A DNA stretch of 64,000 nucleotides, from contig NC_068983.1 in NCBI RefSeq assembly GCF_001194135.2, positions 145,607,760 to 145,671,759 of the forward strand. Reading direction: 5' to 3'. This document shows, in pieces, positions 22,946 through 36,689 of the stretch. A program made the position numbers and the translations under genes. The DNA comes from Octopus bimaculoides. Taxonomy: Eukaryota. A model generated the notes under the pieces. The model did no database searches. It saw only the letters and a program-made list of their open reading frames with translations, and had not been told where the DNA came from. Position 1 is the first letter of the stretch. The number at the start of each line of letters is the position of its first letter.

Positions 22946-23230
22946 TAACCCTTTTGATACCAACCTGCCAAATACTGTTTCTGGTTCTATGATACAAACT
23001 TCATGTTTAAAGTGATCTAGATTAAATCCTTCCATCAAAATTCCATCTTAATTTATGTTCCGAACACTGGTTTAATAATGTTTATATTCCTAATTCTTCA
23101 TTATTTTCAAAATTGATTGAAACAAGGTCAGTGTTTTTCAACAGAAATATGGTAAGAATAGTGATACAAAGTCTTGGTAACAGCAGTCATAGTCAATGAG
23201 AGCAACAGTAACCATGATAATCCTAGAGGT
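22946..23230 (+). mobile_element. TTAA-type MITE family H (degenerate)
   Basis: aaccctttgataccaacc...aagtgatctagattaaatccttccatcaaa matches 59530-59751 and 26120-26370; right boundary approximate. Confidence 0.55.
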
Positions 23231-23324
23231 CATTTTTGAACAGAGAATATTTCTAGTTTGTTTTATTTCTGTTATTATAGATCAGTTTGAAGAGTTGAGG
23301 AATCAGGTTTATATATAGATATAT

Positions 23325-23688
23325 AATATGGCACCTGTGCCCAGCATCGCCTTCCTGGCACTTGTGCTGGATGGCATGTGTAAAGACATTCGAACGAGAT
23401 CGTTGCCAGTGCCGCCGAACTGGCCACTGTGCAGGTGGCACGTAAAAATACACAATTTTGAGCGTGGCCATTGCCATTACCGCCTGACTGGCCTTCGTGC
23501 CGGTGGCACGTAAAAGCACCCACTACACTCTCGGAGTGGTTGGCGTTAGGGAGGGCATCCAGCTGTAGAAACTCTACCAAATCAGATTGAAGCCTGGTGT
23601 AGCCATCTGGTTTCACCAGTTCTCAGTCAAATCGTCCAACCCATGCTAGCAGGGAGAGCGGACGTTAAACGATGATGATGATGATGAA
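23325..23688 (+). mobile_element. RTE 3' UTR (about 3 array units) and tail
   Basis: Matches the common tail; ends in (ATG)n. Confidence 0.85.
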
Positions 23689-26599
23689 TGTGAAATTTTA
23701 AAACAAAAAAAAAAAAGAAAAAAATGTAGCTGTGTTCCATTGTATGGTACAGTCTCAAGCTGACCAATGCCTTGTTAGTGAATTTGGTAGACAAACTGCA
23801 TGTAGGCCTATCTTATACATACATATATACATATGTATATGTGTGTTTGCAATGTTGTGCTTGCATTTCACTGCTTGATGACCAGTTTTGGTTTGTTTAT
23901 GTCCACATACCTTAGCAATTTGGCAAAGAGATTGATAGAATAAATACCAGACTTAAAACAGGTACTGGGGTCAATTTGGTCAAGTAAACCCTTTAAGGTG
24001 GATGCCCAAATTTGACTGCAGTCCAATGATCAGTATGAGTAAAAGAATAATAGAGGTATTTTATTTGAAAGTGTATGTTAAAGAATTTGGATGTACATGC
24101 ATGTGTGTTGGGAGATTAGGGCATGTATTTAAAGGTCTTTATGTAAGTATGTACATTTGAAAGGTACTGGTTCTGTCACAAATAGGTGACCCAATCTACC
24201 CATGCTGGCATGGAAAAGTAGATATAAAACTGATAATCACCAGGATGCATCAAATGCAAACACACAGATTTTCTCTGTCTGTCTGTCTCTCACTCAATGC
24301 TTAAGCTTTCATACAATGTTTTAAGAGAGGAGAACACTAAGGTGTTTTCTCATCACCTTCCAGAAGAGAACTTGAGCTGTGCACTTGCCAATTTTAACAG
24401 TCTTGTCACTGCTTACAACTGTGAACTATAGAAACCAAAGAGGAAGCTGATATGCAGTTGCTTCACTTGCAAAAAACAACAGCTAAATATCCTTCAGCTT
24501 ATCTAGTATCATTTTAAGGATACATTGGACATGATCTATAAACAAGATGGTTATGGGCAGAATACTTTTGATTGCAAGTCTGTTTTCGGACTGAATTCTG
24601 AATTATTTCATCTTAGAACTTGAACTCATTTGTTGAGTTTGGGCCATGATCACAGTTCTGTGGTGGTAACAGTATATAAACCACAGACCTCTTGACTGCT
24701 TGTTCTTTAAGATGATGATGCTCTATTGGCTTCATTATAAGATCTTTTATAGTCTTTTATAAACCTGTTGTTCCTATATAAAAGTTAAATAATAGGAACA
24801 CTGTTATCCTTTAAAGAAGAATGATTTCTATCATAGGGATAAGACCACAAAATACTTTGAGATTGTTGCATATAATCAATTATATCAACTCCAGTATTTA
24901 TTGTGACTAGTCTTGTCAACCACAGGTGCATGAAAGACCATGGTGGGATTTAAATGTGGATACACTGGTTGATGAGAGTTGAGATAAAATGCAACTCTAC
25001 TAATGTTATTGGAAGTGGCAGGGAGAAAACGAACAAACAAAACATCACTTTTATAAGTCAGTGGTTGTAGCTTGCTAGTGAATGAACCTTTACTATCAGC
25101 CAGACAGTCTTCTTTTGAATGAGGAATTTTTGTGTATGTAGTGGTAGCATTGTTTCATGTATTTATAAGTTGTTTATGATCAGACCTATGATCATAGGTT
25201 TCACAGCTATCTCTTTTCCAGACTACTTTGTCTTAGGTATCTCATTTTAAAGATAGTAGGGTGTTATTCAAGGAAAATTTTGTTGCTATTTTTAGCAGGT
25301 CAACTGACCGCATAAAGACTCCTTCATGGTTTGTGTATTTGCTTTACATATGAGTAGCTCTCTAATAAGCATTGTTTAGTTTCAAGTCAACCCCATTTGA
25401 ACAACCTTTTAATCTGAGGCATTCCAGCTCTGACCATTTCATTTCTCCCAAGTTCAGACATATGTAGGTTTAGCTTTTTTTTAAAGTTTGTTAATTGTAC
25501 AATTAAAGGCTGCAACAATTACAAAATGTTGGGAAACCCCCATCCCTGTATGCCAATGGTTGTATCAGCATCTACATATTCTAATTATACATGTCAAGAA
25601 GATGAGCCAGACTGATTTTGTTCAGATCAATAAGAAAAAAAAAATTGCATGACAATGGTTAGTTATCTAATTTATTAATTCTTATTCATTTGCCTTAAAA
25701 AGCATCATAAACCTTAAATGATCATAATGTAACTCTTCACTTTCCTCATAGTTGAAATGTTTTCTTGTTACATCCCATTTCAGAAATTCTATAAAGATAC
25801 CAATAATTGTATTACAGATTCTAAACTTAGAAATATCAAAATCTTCGTGATGCTATTTTAATGCTCCTTAGACTAAGGTCACCAGCAGATATCATATAAA
25901 TAACTAAACAGCCGCACACAGTATGATTACAATTTTAATTTTGATTTTATCAACTTGAGAATTCCAGTTCCAAGCAGCTGAGATAAATATCCGTCCCAAA
26001 GTTATTTCCTTGACGAGAAATTTCTTTAAAACTTTTTATCTGATCTCATCCTTAGAGTATTAAAAACTCTAAAATTATTTTATTGTAACAAACACAACAT
26101 TATTTTAAGAAAAGTACTTAACTCTTTCAAACCAACCTGCTTGAGATCACTCCTGGTTTTGAGAGATAAAGCTACTTATTTTCTAAAGTATTCCTATTTA
26201 AATTAAAACTTCACATCACAATCTTAGCCAAAAACCTCTTATGTTCCAAATACCAGCTTAACTATGAATTTTTTTTTTTTTTTACCAATTCACTCTAAAT
26301 TCTTGATTATTTGAAATTAATTGAAACATTTTGTAACAAGTATGATCATAAAAGAGGGAACAGTTTCAGATGCCAGTGTAGTTTTCCACACTGATTATTC
26401 CTCTTTCATATTGCTATTTTTGAAACTATATTTTGACCAATCTATGTTCCAACCAATTTCATCAGAACTACAGTAGAGAGATACTTAATAACTTACAGGA
26501 AGAGAATAATTAAAAGTATTATTTCAAACTGATGAGTGGAAATTTTCATTATGTAAGATTTTAGATAAGGGCTAATATTGTATTGTATTGTATTGAACA

Positions 26600-26672
26600 A
26601 GATGGTTATGCAGCCCACACTCGTCATTATCTCAGTTATCCGGCCAGCTGTGAAAAAAGTTTGGTGATCCCT
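26600..26672. mobile_element. Isolated hAT-type terminal fragment
   Basis: ccggccagctgtgaaaaaagtttggtgatccctg resembles hAT right ends; no partner end found. Confidence 0.35.
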
Positions 26673-27044
26673 GGTCTAACTTAAAATCTGAGCTTTACTT
26701 TGTCTGCAAAAAAAAATGTCTGATTGTAATGGCTGGAAAACTTTTGATCATGCTTCTGATTGATCAAAGCTAACCTAAGTCTGAGTTAATTATTGATCTG
26801 TAAATCTTAAATAACCTAAAAGATTAAATGACAAGACCCCAGCAAATAGGTATTTTATTATATGTTATGGCAGAAATAATGAGAAAGAGAAAATGTTAGT
26901 CCTTATCTAATATCTTATATAATGAATATATTTCCATCAGACTGTTTGAAGTAATATTTACTTTTGATTATTCTCTTCCTATACTTATTAAGAATCTCTC
27001 TATTGTTGTTTGATGTTAGTTTTTCATCAACCTGTATGATTGTA

Positions 27045-27086
<42 letters not shown>

Positions 27087-28499
27087 AAGCAAGAGAGATA
27101 GCAAACCAACAAGGGGAACCTTTATATGGTAGCCTGATAAAAACTGAATGCCCCTTCAATCGTATCCTTGTATCTTAAAAGATGGAAATCTTGGAAAAAT
27201 GTATTCTTAAATATTCAGTGTCCAGGGAAAAAAAATACAGGCTGGTTATGGATGGAATGTCCTTGATCATAGGTTTGTTATACGAGGGCTGTTCTATGTA
27301 TAAGCAGTATCAATAACAGCGAATAGAGAAAACAAGAATAAGAGGGAATCAGAACAAGGTGAAATTAAGGAACATTGAAATAGAATAGTGCTCGATTATG
27401 AGTTTGTCAGTCAGTGTCTCTAACCTGGGAAATCACAAACATTATAGTTGACTTAGCATGCTCATTGCCTAGTTGCCAACCAGCTTATTGATTACTGGCA
27501 TGCTGCTATTTTTTTTCAACCAGTAGCTATCTTGGCAGACATGTCCAATGGTACATGTGTTGCTAGTGCAATCAGTCAACATACGTGCATACTTGATCCA
27601 GTTAACTAATGCAGGTGTTTCATTATGATCTGCTGTTTAAAAATGAGCACAGCTGGGATTTTTTCCTTAAGACATGTTGGTGCAACTCACGCTGTATATT
27701 AAATCGTGTATATTGAATTAGAATTTTGACTGAATTCTGTTGTTAGTAGAATATTGCAAATGAGTTGTTTGACTACGTGGAAACCACAGGTAGATTTCTC
27801 TCAAAGCACTCATAAAGAAGGATGCATTGGATTATGTGAATCTTAGGTACATTACGTCTAAAAAAAAAATCTATATAAAAAGATGGGAGAGTCATGACTG
27901 GAACACTTTAGATAATAAATTGGTTTTGCTTATTAGAGCTGAAGTGGGAGCTAAATGACAACAAAACTGCCTGGCAGTGTCAGGTTTATTGCAACATTAT
28001 GCTAAGTTACTTTGGACGTTAAACGATGATGATGACGATGACAAAGAAGAAGAAGACGAGGTTGTTGTATGAAAAACTGCTAAGTTAATTATTCTTTATT
28101 CAAACAATTGTTTTGTTAAGTTATGATTCAAGTAGAGCACCATTCTCTTGTTAATTTATGTCAGAAAATTTCTGCTTTTAAGAATTCTTGGCTTTTTGAT
28201 AATGCTTGATAAATTCTGTTTCTTTTGATCAATGGTTTTAGATGGAATTGTGTGTGCAAATTATAGCATTACAAGATCTAGAGAAGTAGAAAGAGGCTGT
28301 GAGAAGCAGTGAAACTTTGGGTACAGATGTAGATAACTAATCACAGCAATTTCATGAATGATGTAATGCACATGTTTCAAGATGTCTGTGTGTGAATGTG
28401 CATGCTTTTCCAGTGTTTCATAGTTGATGATTATGAAGTCACTAGAGTGGTTTACAAATGTAAAATTTATTCCCTGTTTTCAATGTAAGAAATATCAAA

Positions 28500-28550
28500 A
28501 TGATGATTCTGGGTTTACTACTAGCTCTATTCTTATGTATCTCTATTCCT
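28500..28550 (+). CDS. Probable first coding exon encoding a signal-peptide-like sequence MMILGLLLALFLCISIP
   Basis: caaaATG context; 12 of 17 codons are NTN (hydrophobic core); canonical donor CCT|gtgagt at 28550/28551 (phase 0); possible acceptor tgtaag| 10 nt upstream. Confidence 0.5.
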
Positions 28551-29688
28551 GTGAGTTTGTTTTGCCTGTACAATTGCTCTTGTCAGAATGTTGTGGTTTT
28601 ATTTATTGCATCATTCCTGGAAAAAACATTACTCATGCCAAACCTTGAATGGCTGTGTCAGAGCATCTAATGTCAGCATGCCAATTACTGATAATCCTAA
28701 CAGACTTGTTAAGATTATTTAATCATTTTTGTCTGTTTTCACATTCAACTGAACAGTAATATAATCCTTTGTTGCCTATCTGCCTGTATTTATTGTATTG
28801 TAAGTGAAGCTTACATTATTCAATGTCAGAATAATATGTATGGTGCAGATGTTGTACCTTAGTCAATGAGACGTATTCAGACACATGTTTATTTTTAGAT
28901 TATTGTTCTTTTGTACTTGACTATTTTTAATGAAAAGATGGTTCAGAAGTGGTGGGAGTAGATTATGCTGACATTATTAGAGCAAAGATGGAAAAATAGA
29001 ACTGTTGTGTGACATAGATTGTGATGAAAACCTATTTAAGATATGTTTATTTTGAATAGAGATATAGAGCAACTCAAACTTTAAGAGTTTGTATCACAGG
29101 AAACAGGATGCTATATAATCTGTGAAAAGGAGGACTGGAAAGGTTTTTAATCTATTGAAAGTCATGAGTGTACTGTTTAGTATCAAGTCAGCTCTAATTG
29201 AGTAGATCTATGGTCAAAAGTAGCCCAGCTATCACCATCCTAACCTTTTCTGGTGTTTATCGAACCACATTCTTCAATATATCTTTTTTGTTTTTAGATG
29301 GCAAGGTGTAGTTTTAGGGTTATCAGGCTGCTATTTCAAGCAAGTTGTGTGAGCATATAGAAGCTCAAAGGCAGCAAATATTTAATATTTGGGAAACGGT
29401 CAAAGGAAGGCATAATTGTTGTGTTGTTTGTTTACATGTAAGTGTGGTGCTGGTATATTTCATCAGTTAGTTTGAAGATATAGAAATGTGTAATGGCAGT
29501 CTAATCTAATATTTGGTTTAATACAGACCATCTAGTCCTTATGTGCTTTTAGCAGAGTCTATTGTTACAAACATTTTGAGTCAAGGTCTCTGGCCTGAAG
29601 ATACCTTCCTCCTTTTTTCTGTTGTTCTCACCATTCTTAAAGATTTGGCGAAATGTCAAGGGCAATAGCCTTCTACTACTAATTCATG

Positions 29689-29719
<31 letters not shown>

Positions 29720-32662
29720 AAACCATCGTGTATACATCTTTTCATATACCGGAGACTACTTTGAAAATTTGAAAATATTTGCATTCACTTGGAAGATGTC
29801 TTCATTTTAAATTTGAATGGTATTTAATGTTTTAATAGGGAAATTTTACTATAATAGATAGAACAATATATCTATGAAATATGGCTTCATTTTAAGCAAC
29901 AAAGTCCAACTTTTTTTCAGTTGTAGTTACATAAATAACTTCAATTTTATTGCAGAGTGAAAGAGAGAGAGAGAGAGAGAAGCATTTGTTTACTGTAGAG
30001 ATGGAAAATTGTNNNNNNNNNNNNNNNNNNNNNNNNNNNNNNNNNNNNNTTTTTTTTTTTTGTTTCTAAATTTTAAATTGATAACTTAAATGTTTTAATG
30101 CCCTCAAAGTTGAAGTGAAGAAATTTCTTACTTCTTTGAATTTCTGTTTTTCATTTGCTGCTGTTTAATATAAACTTATACAATCATTTGAATGTAAAAG
30201 TACTGTGAAAGCCTGTGTGTGTGAAAAGAGATGTAGATGTCTGCTATGCACATCTATACATGGATTACATGAGTTGGATGATAAAGATTCTTGAGAAGAT
30301 ATAAGGAAGGTACTGATAGTAGAGAATAGGAAGATAGCAGGCTGGTGGTTGTGGTGGTGACATACTGTATTGCCGACCCATCCTTTTATTTTAGTATGAG
30401 TAAAGCAGACATGTGGATGATGGTAATGAAGATATTTTCAATTCTAGTTAGAATTTCAGTTTTAAATTTCATTCAATAATACTGATTTTGTTTTACAAAG
30501 ACAATTTTTAGTTTCATCAATTTAAAATAGTAAACTAATAATAATAATATTGAGCACTCAGAGAGTGCAAACCTCCACCAAGGCAACACCAATGTCCTCT
30601 CATCGATTAAAATGAGAATATCTGAAATAAACTTGACTGTTCTCACAAAACGAGAATACTAGTCTTCAACATACTGACTCAATTTTCAATTCCCTTACTA
30701 AGCACTAACTCTTGTTTCTCAGAATTGTACCGGGATGTAATTCCTTCCACTCTGCTTTATTTTTCTTCCAACCTTAAACTATGTGAGCTAAAAAGGACTG
30801 TATCAATATCAGTTAACTTTATTGTTTCAATCTTGGAGAGGCCTGAATAAAGCCCCGTATCCTCATCAAACCAACTACTGAAAAAAGTAAAGCAATTTAT
30901 AATGAAACATTATTAATTAGGCTCTGATTTAAAAATTACTTATCTCCTTTGGGAAGTTTTAAAAGTTATTAGTTGATTTAATTTTTGTTCAATTAACGCT
31001 GAGGTATTAAGAACATATTGTTGTTATACTTCTCGATATATATAACTAATTTTTAATCAAGTCTGATAAATTTTCATTATGAGAATGGATTGGTTTTGAT
31101 GTCTGTTTTGACAATGAGTTAGGAGATATACATAAAAGTTGGTAGGTTGATCTTTTGTGGGAATAGAGGCTGTTTTTTCATGGATCTTTCATTGGAAAAA
31201 GGCCCTACTTGAAATATTAAGGTATTTATATTTTCAAACCTGTTTAGTTAGATTGTAATTTCACACATTTTCACAGATTTTAGATGAGTAGCAACAACAA
31301 TCCTCTAATTGCAACATTCAGACAAATGATTCTTCTTATCAAGTACCTTACCAAGATTCTTCTTATCAAGTGATATTCTTAGATCACAGCTATGTGTCTA
31401 ACCATGTCAAAAATGGATTCTGCATGAACAAATATGCCTATGTATTTTTTATTTGTTTTTATATAAGTAAATTACAATAGTTTGATATATACAATGGTTG
31501 TTTTGATTGTAAAGCATTGTTTAAAGTTTTTTTTTTTTTAAATAACAAACGACCTTGACTATAATTGTTAAAATAAAGTTAGTCACACAAATGGAATTAG
31601 TGTAAAAGCAACATGTAGAATATGTGGAGCACATTCCATTCTAATGAAAAGGTGAGATAATTTACATAATCTAACTGTTGAGATGTAACTGATAACTAGT
31701 TAATGAAAAACTTTGTTTTTTCACATCCTGAACTAACAAGAAAACTGAACTGAACATTGTTTAAATCTCTCGAATGGTTTTAGTACTGGATAACAACTAC
31801 TTCTTACATTACTTTGCTTGGAATAGTTTTTAAAGACAAATATTTGTTTGTGGCACTATGAACTTTCTTTCCAAAACAACTTCCCTTTGCAAATTCTTAG
31901 GAATTGAATGTATACTGCTTCCTCTCTTTCAAATTGATGTTAGCAATGAATTTAATTCTACCTATATAAACAGTTTTGAAAAATCTCTACACTAGTTTGA
32001 CTGTAATTTAGGGCTAGTATTATTGTCTTCAGCTTTGTACTCTGCCACTTTGTATTAATGTTAGCATGTGGAATTAGTTGCTGATTGTTCAACATCACTG
32101 TGGTCTGATACAGAAGATAGGTGGTTACAAATGTTTAATTTTACTGTTACATGAGAGAGAAGTGTTTGCCTAAAAAAGTGATTTATGACATTAATACACA
32201 TAGAATTTGTTAATGCTTCCTTTTTTCTTATAGATATTTCATTCTTTGATAGAACTGTTGGTTTTCTCTTAAAGTTTTTGTTCCCTAATAAATGTCAGAT
32301 GCATGCTGAAGTTTTCACTTTCTCTCCATATTTCATAAAGATATATCATTGAACAGTTGGAGGAAATTTCTTCAGTGAATTGACCATCTGATATTTGAAG
32401 AGAAAAAGTCATAATTAGATTATAAAGAATTTGATAATTTGGGCATAATCAAAGTAAATTGGATATAAAATTAGTCTTTGATAAATGCAAATATTTTTTA
32501 CTAGAAAACATGCCATTTCTTCTAAATTGCAAAAGCTGTATCCATTTTTGTATGGGTGAACGTGAATGCTTTTCACACTAAACTTCACTTTGGTTTGTGG
32601 CATCTTATAATTACTAAATATTAAAATTAATACTAATTATAAATTATTTTAGTTTTTGTTAG

Positions 32663-33955
32663 TGTTATAATCCTTAAAATGTATACTTAGTAAAACCAGT
32701 AAAGGCACGATTATCTCTGACCACCTACTGTGTACTCTGGTACTTCTTGTACTTCTCTTTACATATAGCAACAAGGTTATTTGATTCATCGTGTGGGAGG
32801 CATGTACCATTATTACTAATTCCTTAGTTTTTCTTAGGAAGTGTCATTTTATTTAGCAGTATTTTTTTTTATTCACTCCACTGCCCTTTTTTGAGTTTTT
32901 TTTTTTTTTCCTGTACAATTCAATTTTTTGGTGCTTGGCATCCATTTTCAGGAACTCTGTATGTTTTCTTTTCCTCTCACATATATACCTGGGTTCAATC
33001 ACCTGCAGTGGTGTTGGTACTTGGAACGTATCATAAAACCATTCCATCAGCTCCTCTAACTTCTTTGGTTCACTTTCCACGAATCTCTTTTTCAGTTGGT
33101 TCCTGTGTCTCTTTTTTTATGCTTTTTCTACTTTTTACCCAATACATCATTGTTTTTCTCTATGTTCAGACACTTCCAACACATGTTGAACAATGAGCTT
33201 TTTTCACTGAAAATTTGACACAATATATCTATTGTGTCATTAAAATTTATTTCCAAAGTTTTTCTTGGGAGTACATAATTACTGTAGCATTCATGTTCTG
33301 TTGCTGCTAGTTTTCTCAAGATTAAGCATATTTTCATCTTGATGTCTCGATCTTTACATTCTTTATCGAAGATTTGCTCATATCTTCTGTCGTAAGCTTC
33401 ACAGATAACTCCTTCGTCAGGTTCATATTTGATCTCTTATGGAGTTCATGACATAATCTGTCGAGAACACTTTTTATGACTTTTCTAACGACTTCAGTAA
33501 TTGCAGCATTTATTGCTGTAATATTATTTGTTGTTGCTCTTGCAGTTGTATCTGCTGCTGCTGTTGTTCTTTCACTTGCTATTGTTGCAACTCAAGCAAA
33601 CTGGCCAACAAATTTTCCATAATTTTCCAATTTTTTTTTTTGTAAAATTTGCACAAAAAATCTTTGTGAGTTTATTGACTCCTCTTCTAGTTTCTATTAG
33701 CTCCACATGAATTAGTTAATCCTTGTCGAGTTTATTAATTCCTGTTTAAATCCTCATCGCCACAGTTATATCCTTAAAACGTTGGATTATTATATTGCCC
33801 ACTTTGGTATACAATATACTTAGTAAAACCGGTAAAGACACGATTATCTCTGACCGCCTACTATGTACACTGCTACTTCTCATACTTATAGTGACTAGGT
33901 TATTCTATTCGTCACGTGGGAGGGGGTGTACCATTATTGCTAATTCCCTACAACA
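32663..33955 (-). mobile_element. Internally deleted Ty3/Gypsy LTR retrotransposon (Mag/K02A2.6-like gag)
   Basis: Two diverged direct repeats (33764-33955 and about 32663-32880); TGTTGTA…TATAACA termini; TSD gttag/gatag; PBS TGGCGATGAGGAT at 33750-33762; gag remnant KICLILRKL…YSNYVLP…FSEKSSLFNMCWKCLNIEK; integrase tail KRHRNQLKKRF…WFYDTFQVP. Confidence 0.85.
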
Positions 33956-34737
33956 GATAGTTCGACTATACCAATACGCCCTCCCTGTTAATACATCTTT
34001 CTTTTAGGAATTTGTGCCATTCTGATTAGAGGTGTGTGTTTGTGTGATTTGCCTCAGGATATACTTAATTTTTGTTAAAATATTGGTTTTGATTTTACAT
34101 CTTTGAATTCAAGTTAAGCAACTATGTAGAAGTTTTGATTCTTGTTTCTTAATGGTAAATCTAAGAAAGAAACTGTTTCTATACTTATTGAAGTTGACTG
34201 GTAACAAGTTTTGCACCTATAGAATACTTAATTAATACTTGTCTGTATTTTAGTGAAATACAAACGCTGAAGACTTCTCAGAACAATCAATAATAATCAT
34301 TCAATATTTAGCGTGAACTTGAGAAAAAGTGCACATTAAATGTGAAAATGGCTCAATATCAAAATTATTGTTTGATGCATATGCTAAATATAGCTTTTAG
34401 TTTGTCATGAAAATAGATAAATCAAGCTGACAGATACAATAAGTTGAAGCAGTATTTTAGTTGATTTCAGTTCCCTGAAAGAGGAAATGTGATGTGGTCA
34501 AGTGGATAAAGTATTGAATTATCTGTTTGTGGGTCATCAGTTCAAACCTGCTGTTGGTATTTCATAGTATTTCTAAGAAAAGGCCATTATTTTTCAATAC
34601 CTCAGAATTTTTATTCTACTTCCGCTCTTGGATGTATGAAACCTGATGGTTTGGGGTAGACTTCTTATTCCACTTCATGCCATATAACTGGAGCCATTTT
34701 CCAGCTCTTGTAAACACAGAGTTGTTTGTTTTAGCAG

Positions 34738-34761
34738 ATGGTGGAGACAATGAGGAGAGAG
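34738..34761 (+). CDS. Candidate 24-nt microexon (MVETMRRE in phase 0, or DGGDNEER in phase 1)
   Basis: ttgtttgttttagcag|ATGGTGGAGACAATGAGGAGAGAG|gtaatt; purine-rich, frame-preserving, NAGNAG acceptor. Confidence 0.3.
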
Positions 34762-36024
34762 GTAATTTTCTGCAGACCTGTCTGAACCAAGCCTGATGTA
34801 CAATTGTGGTAGAGAAGATGAACAATGAGGGTTTTACTCTTATTAAACTTGAAACTTTTGTTTTTAATCATCTTTAACTACAATTTATAGAAAATTGAAC
34901 ATGAAATACAGAAGCAAATGAAGTGGGAAATCCTCATATGAGTAAGCTTGTACTTCTGATGTTGATCTTGACATGAAAATGAAAACAACCTAATATTGAT
35001 TCTCATAATAGATCAAGCTTGCTACATGTTCTATTTTAGCTATAACAACATTGAGATAGTACCAGCTCCTGTCTCTTCCTCAGCCATTATAGCCATGGTC
35101 ACATGCATATACTACTTTACATATAGTTTATCAATTCCTTGTTGTTATTGTTGCCTGGAAATGTTGCAGTCTTTTGTTTATTCATTATTGAGAGGTTTCT
35201 TCTTGTGTTTAGTAGTCAAAGTCAATACACTGCCTATTTCACATCATATGTAATTCCTGGTTGTTGAAGAATGATTGTTTACATTATTTGGTGCAGTATG
35301 AAACTACTGTAGAGTAGCTAATGATTATACATTAATTCTGCCTGCAGTTTCAATGATGAATATCATTGACTTTTGAGGCATAATCTTTATTTTATGTCTT
35401 AATACTAAAGTTGGCTAGCAGCTCTTACAGATAAAAGCAGATCCAGTTATGCTTTTGTTGATATTGTTTTTCCTGTTTTAGAGTTTATACAGCTCTTGGT
35501 TTGAATTGAAATAACTAATATAATTTGATCTGTTTTCTATATTCAATATGGATGGGGACTGAAATGATAATCCACATTTCTATCTTGAAGTCTGTTTAAA
35601 TTCGGCAACTTGATTTTTTCCTCTTCCTGCCCTTAACCATAATTTTTTTCCTTGGTATATTTATTAATCACATGTACATGTCCTTACCTTAACATGCTCA
35701 AAGAGTGAAGAAAGCTGGTGTCAGGGTTATCAATAAGGTCGTCTGCAAGATCTGGTTTTCAACAATGTTTTTGTGCAAGCATTCTTTCTTTATTTCTCTG
35801 TTAGAGTCCATTGTTATATTTTGAAAATAGTTCAGTTATACAACACAGAAAGAACCTATTCTTGTGAATTGATATTATTATCTTCTTATGTTAGAAGATT
35901 GAAAATATAATCAGATTCATGTCCACACAAAACATCACTAGCCTACCAGTTCTTGTGACTATTAACAGAATTTGCTATGCTACTTTGAGTACTATTATAC
36001 TAGCAAAAGATAAGGCTGTTGTTG

Positions 36025-36027
36025 TTG

Positions 36028-36058
<31 letters not shown>

Positions 36059-36075
36059 AATTATTATTATTATTA
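36025..36075. repeat. (TTG)n(TTA)n microsatellite
   Basis: Direct reading. Confidence 0.9.
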
Positions 36076-36515
36076 TGAGCTGCTCTGATTGTAAGCACCA
36101 ACATTATATACATTTTCATCAGTTTTCATAATTTTTTCTGACAACATTTGGAATTTTTATTGTTATACGTCTAAGACATTCTTAGAAAAAGTTTATTTTG
36201 TATATCTCTTAATTAGGAATGGTGGTGGTGGCATAGTTACTTTTACCTTTTGTCTGCAGCTAATGGACAGATATTCTTATTTTTAAAATGTTAAATCTAA
36301 GTTTTGAAGAGGGAGGAGCACTGGTAACAGTAATGCTAAAGTAATTGTCTATCTTTTAAATTTTGCTTGTTAATATGAAAAATTGACTTTATCCAAAGAG
36401 TTTTTGGAGAAATGAAATAACAACTGTATAGATGGGAACTCTGACAACACTAGTATAACTGGTGCAACACAGCAGTGAAATTGAAAATGACATTAGTATA
36501 AATAATGACAATAAC

Positions 36516-36651
36516 AGTGGTTGGCGTTAGGAAGGGCATCCAGCTGTAGAAACTCTGCCAAATTAGATTGGAGCCTGGTGTTGCCATCCGGTTTCACCAG
36601 TCCTCAGTCAAATTGTCCAACCCATGCTAGCATGGAAGGCGGACGTTAGCC

Positions 36652-36688
<37 letters not shown>

Positions 36689-36689
36689 T
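36516..36689 (+). mobile_element. RTE 3' tail with long (ATG)n
   Basis: Nearly identical to 95-249. Confidence 0.85.

Noticed and set aside
30545-30720. Possible Helentron-associated repeat (gagcactcagagagtgcaaacctccaccaaggc)
   Set aside because: Resembles a known type of repeat start, but a single partial copy with no definable ends; not supportable as a feature
34996-35253. ORF with TM-like segment and CCYCC cluster
   Set aside because: T-rich composition explains the hydrophobicity; the acceptor phase does not fit neighbouring candidates; no convincing donor
35689-35748. Minus-strand exon DLADDLIDNPDTSFLHSLSML with donor gtaagg
   Set aside because: Good donor but no convincing acceptor and an in-frame stop just upstream
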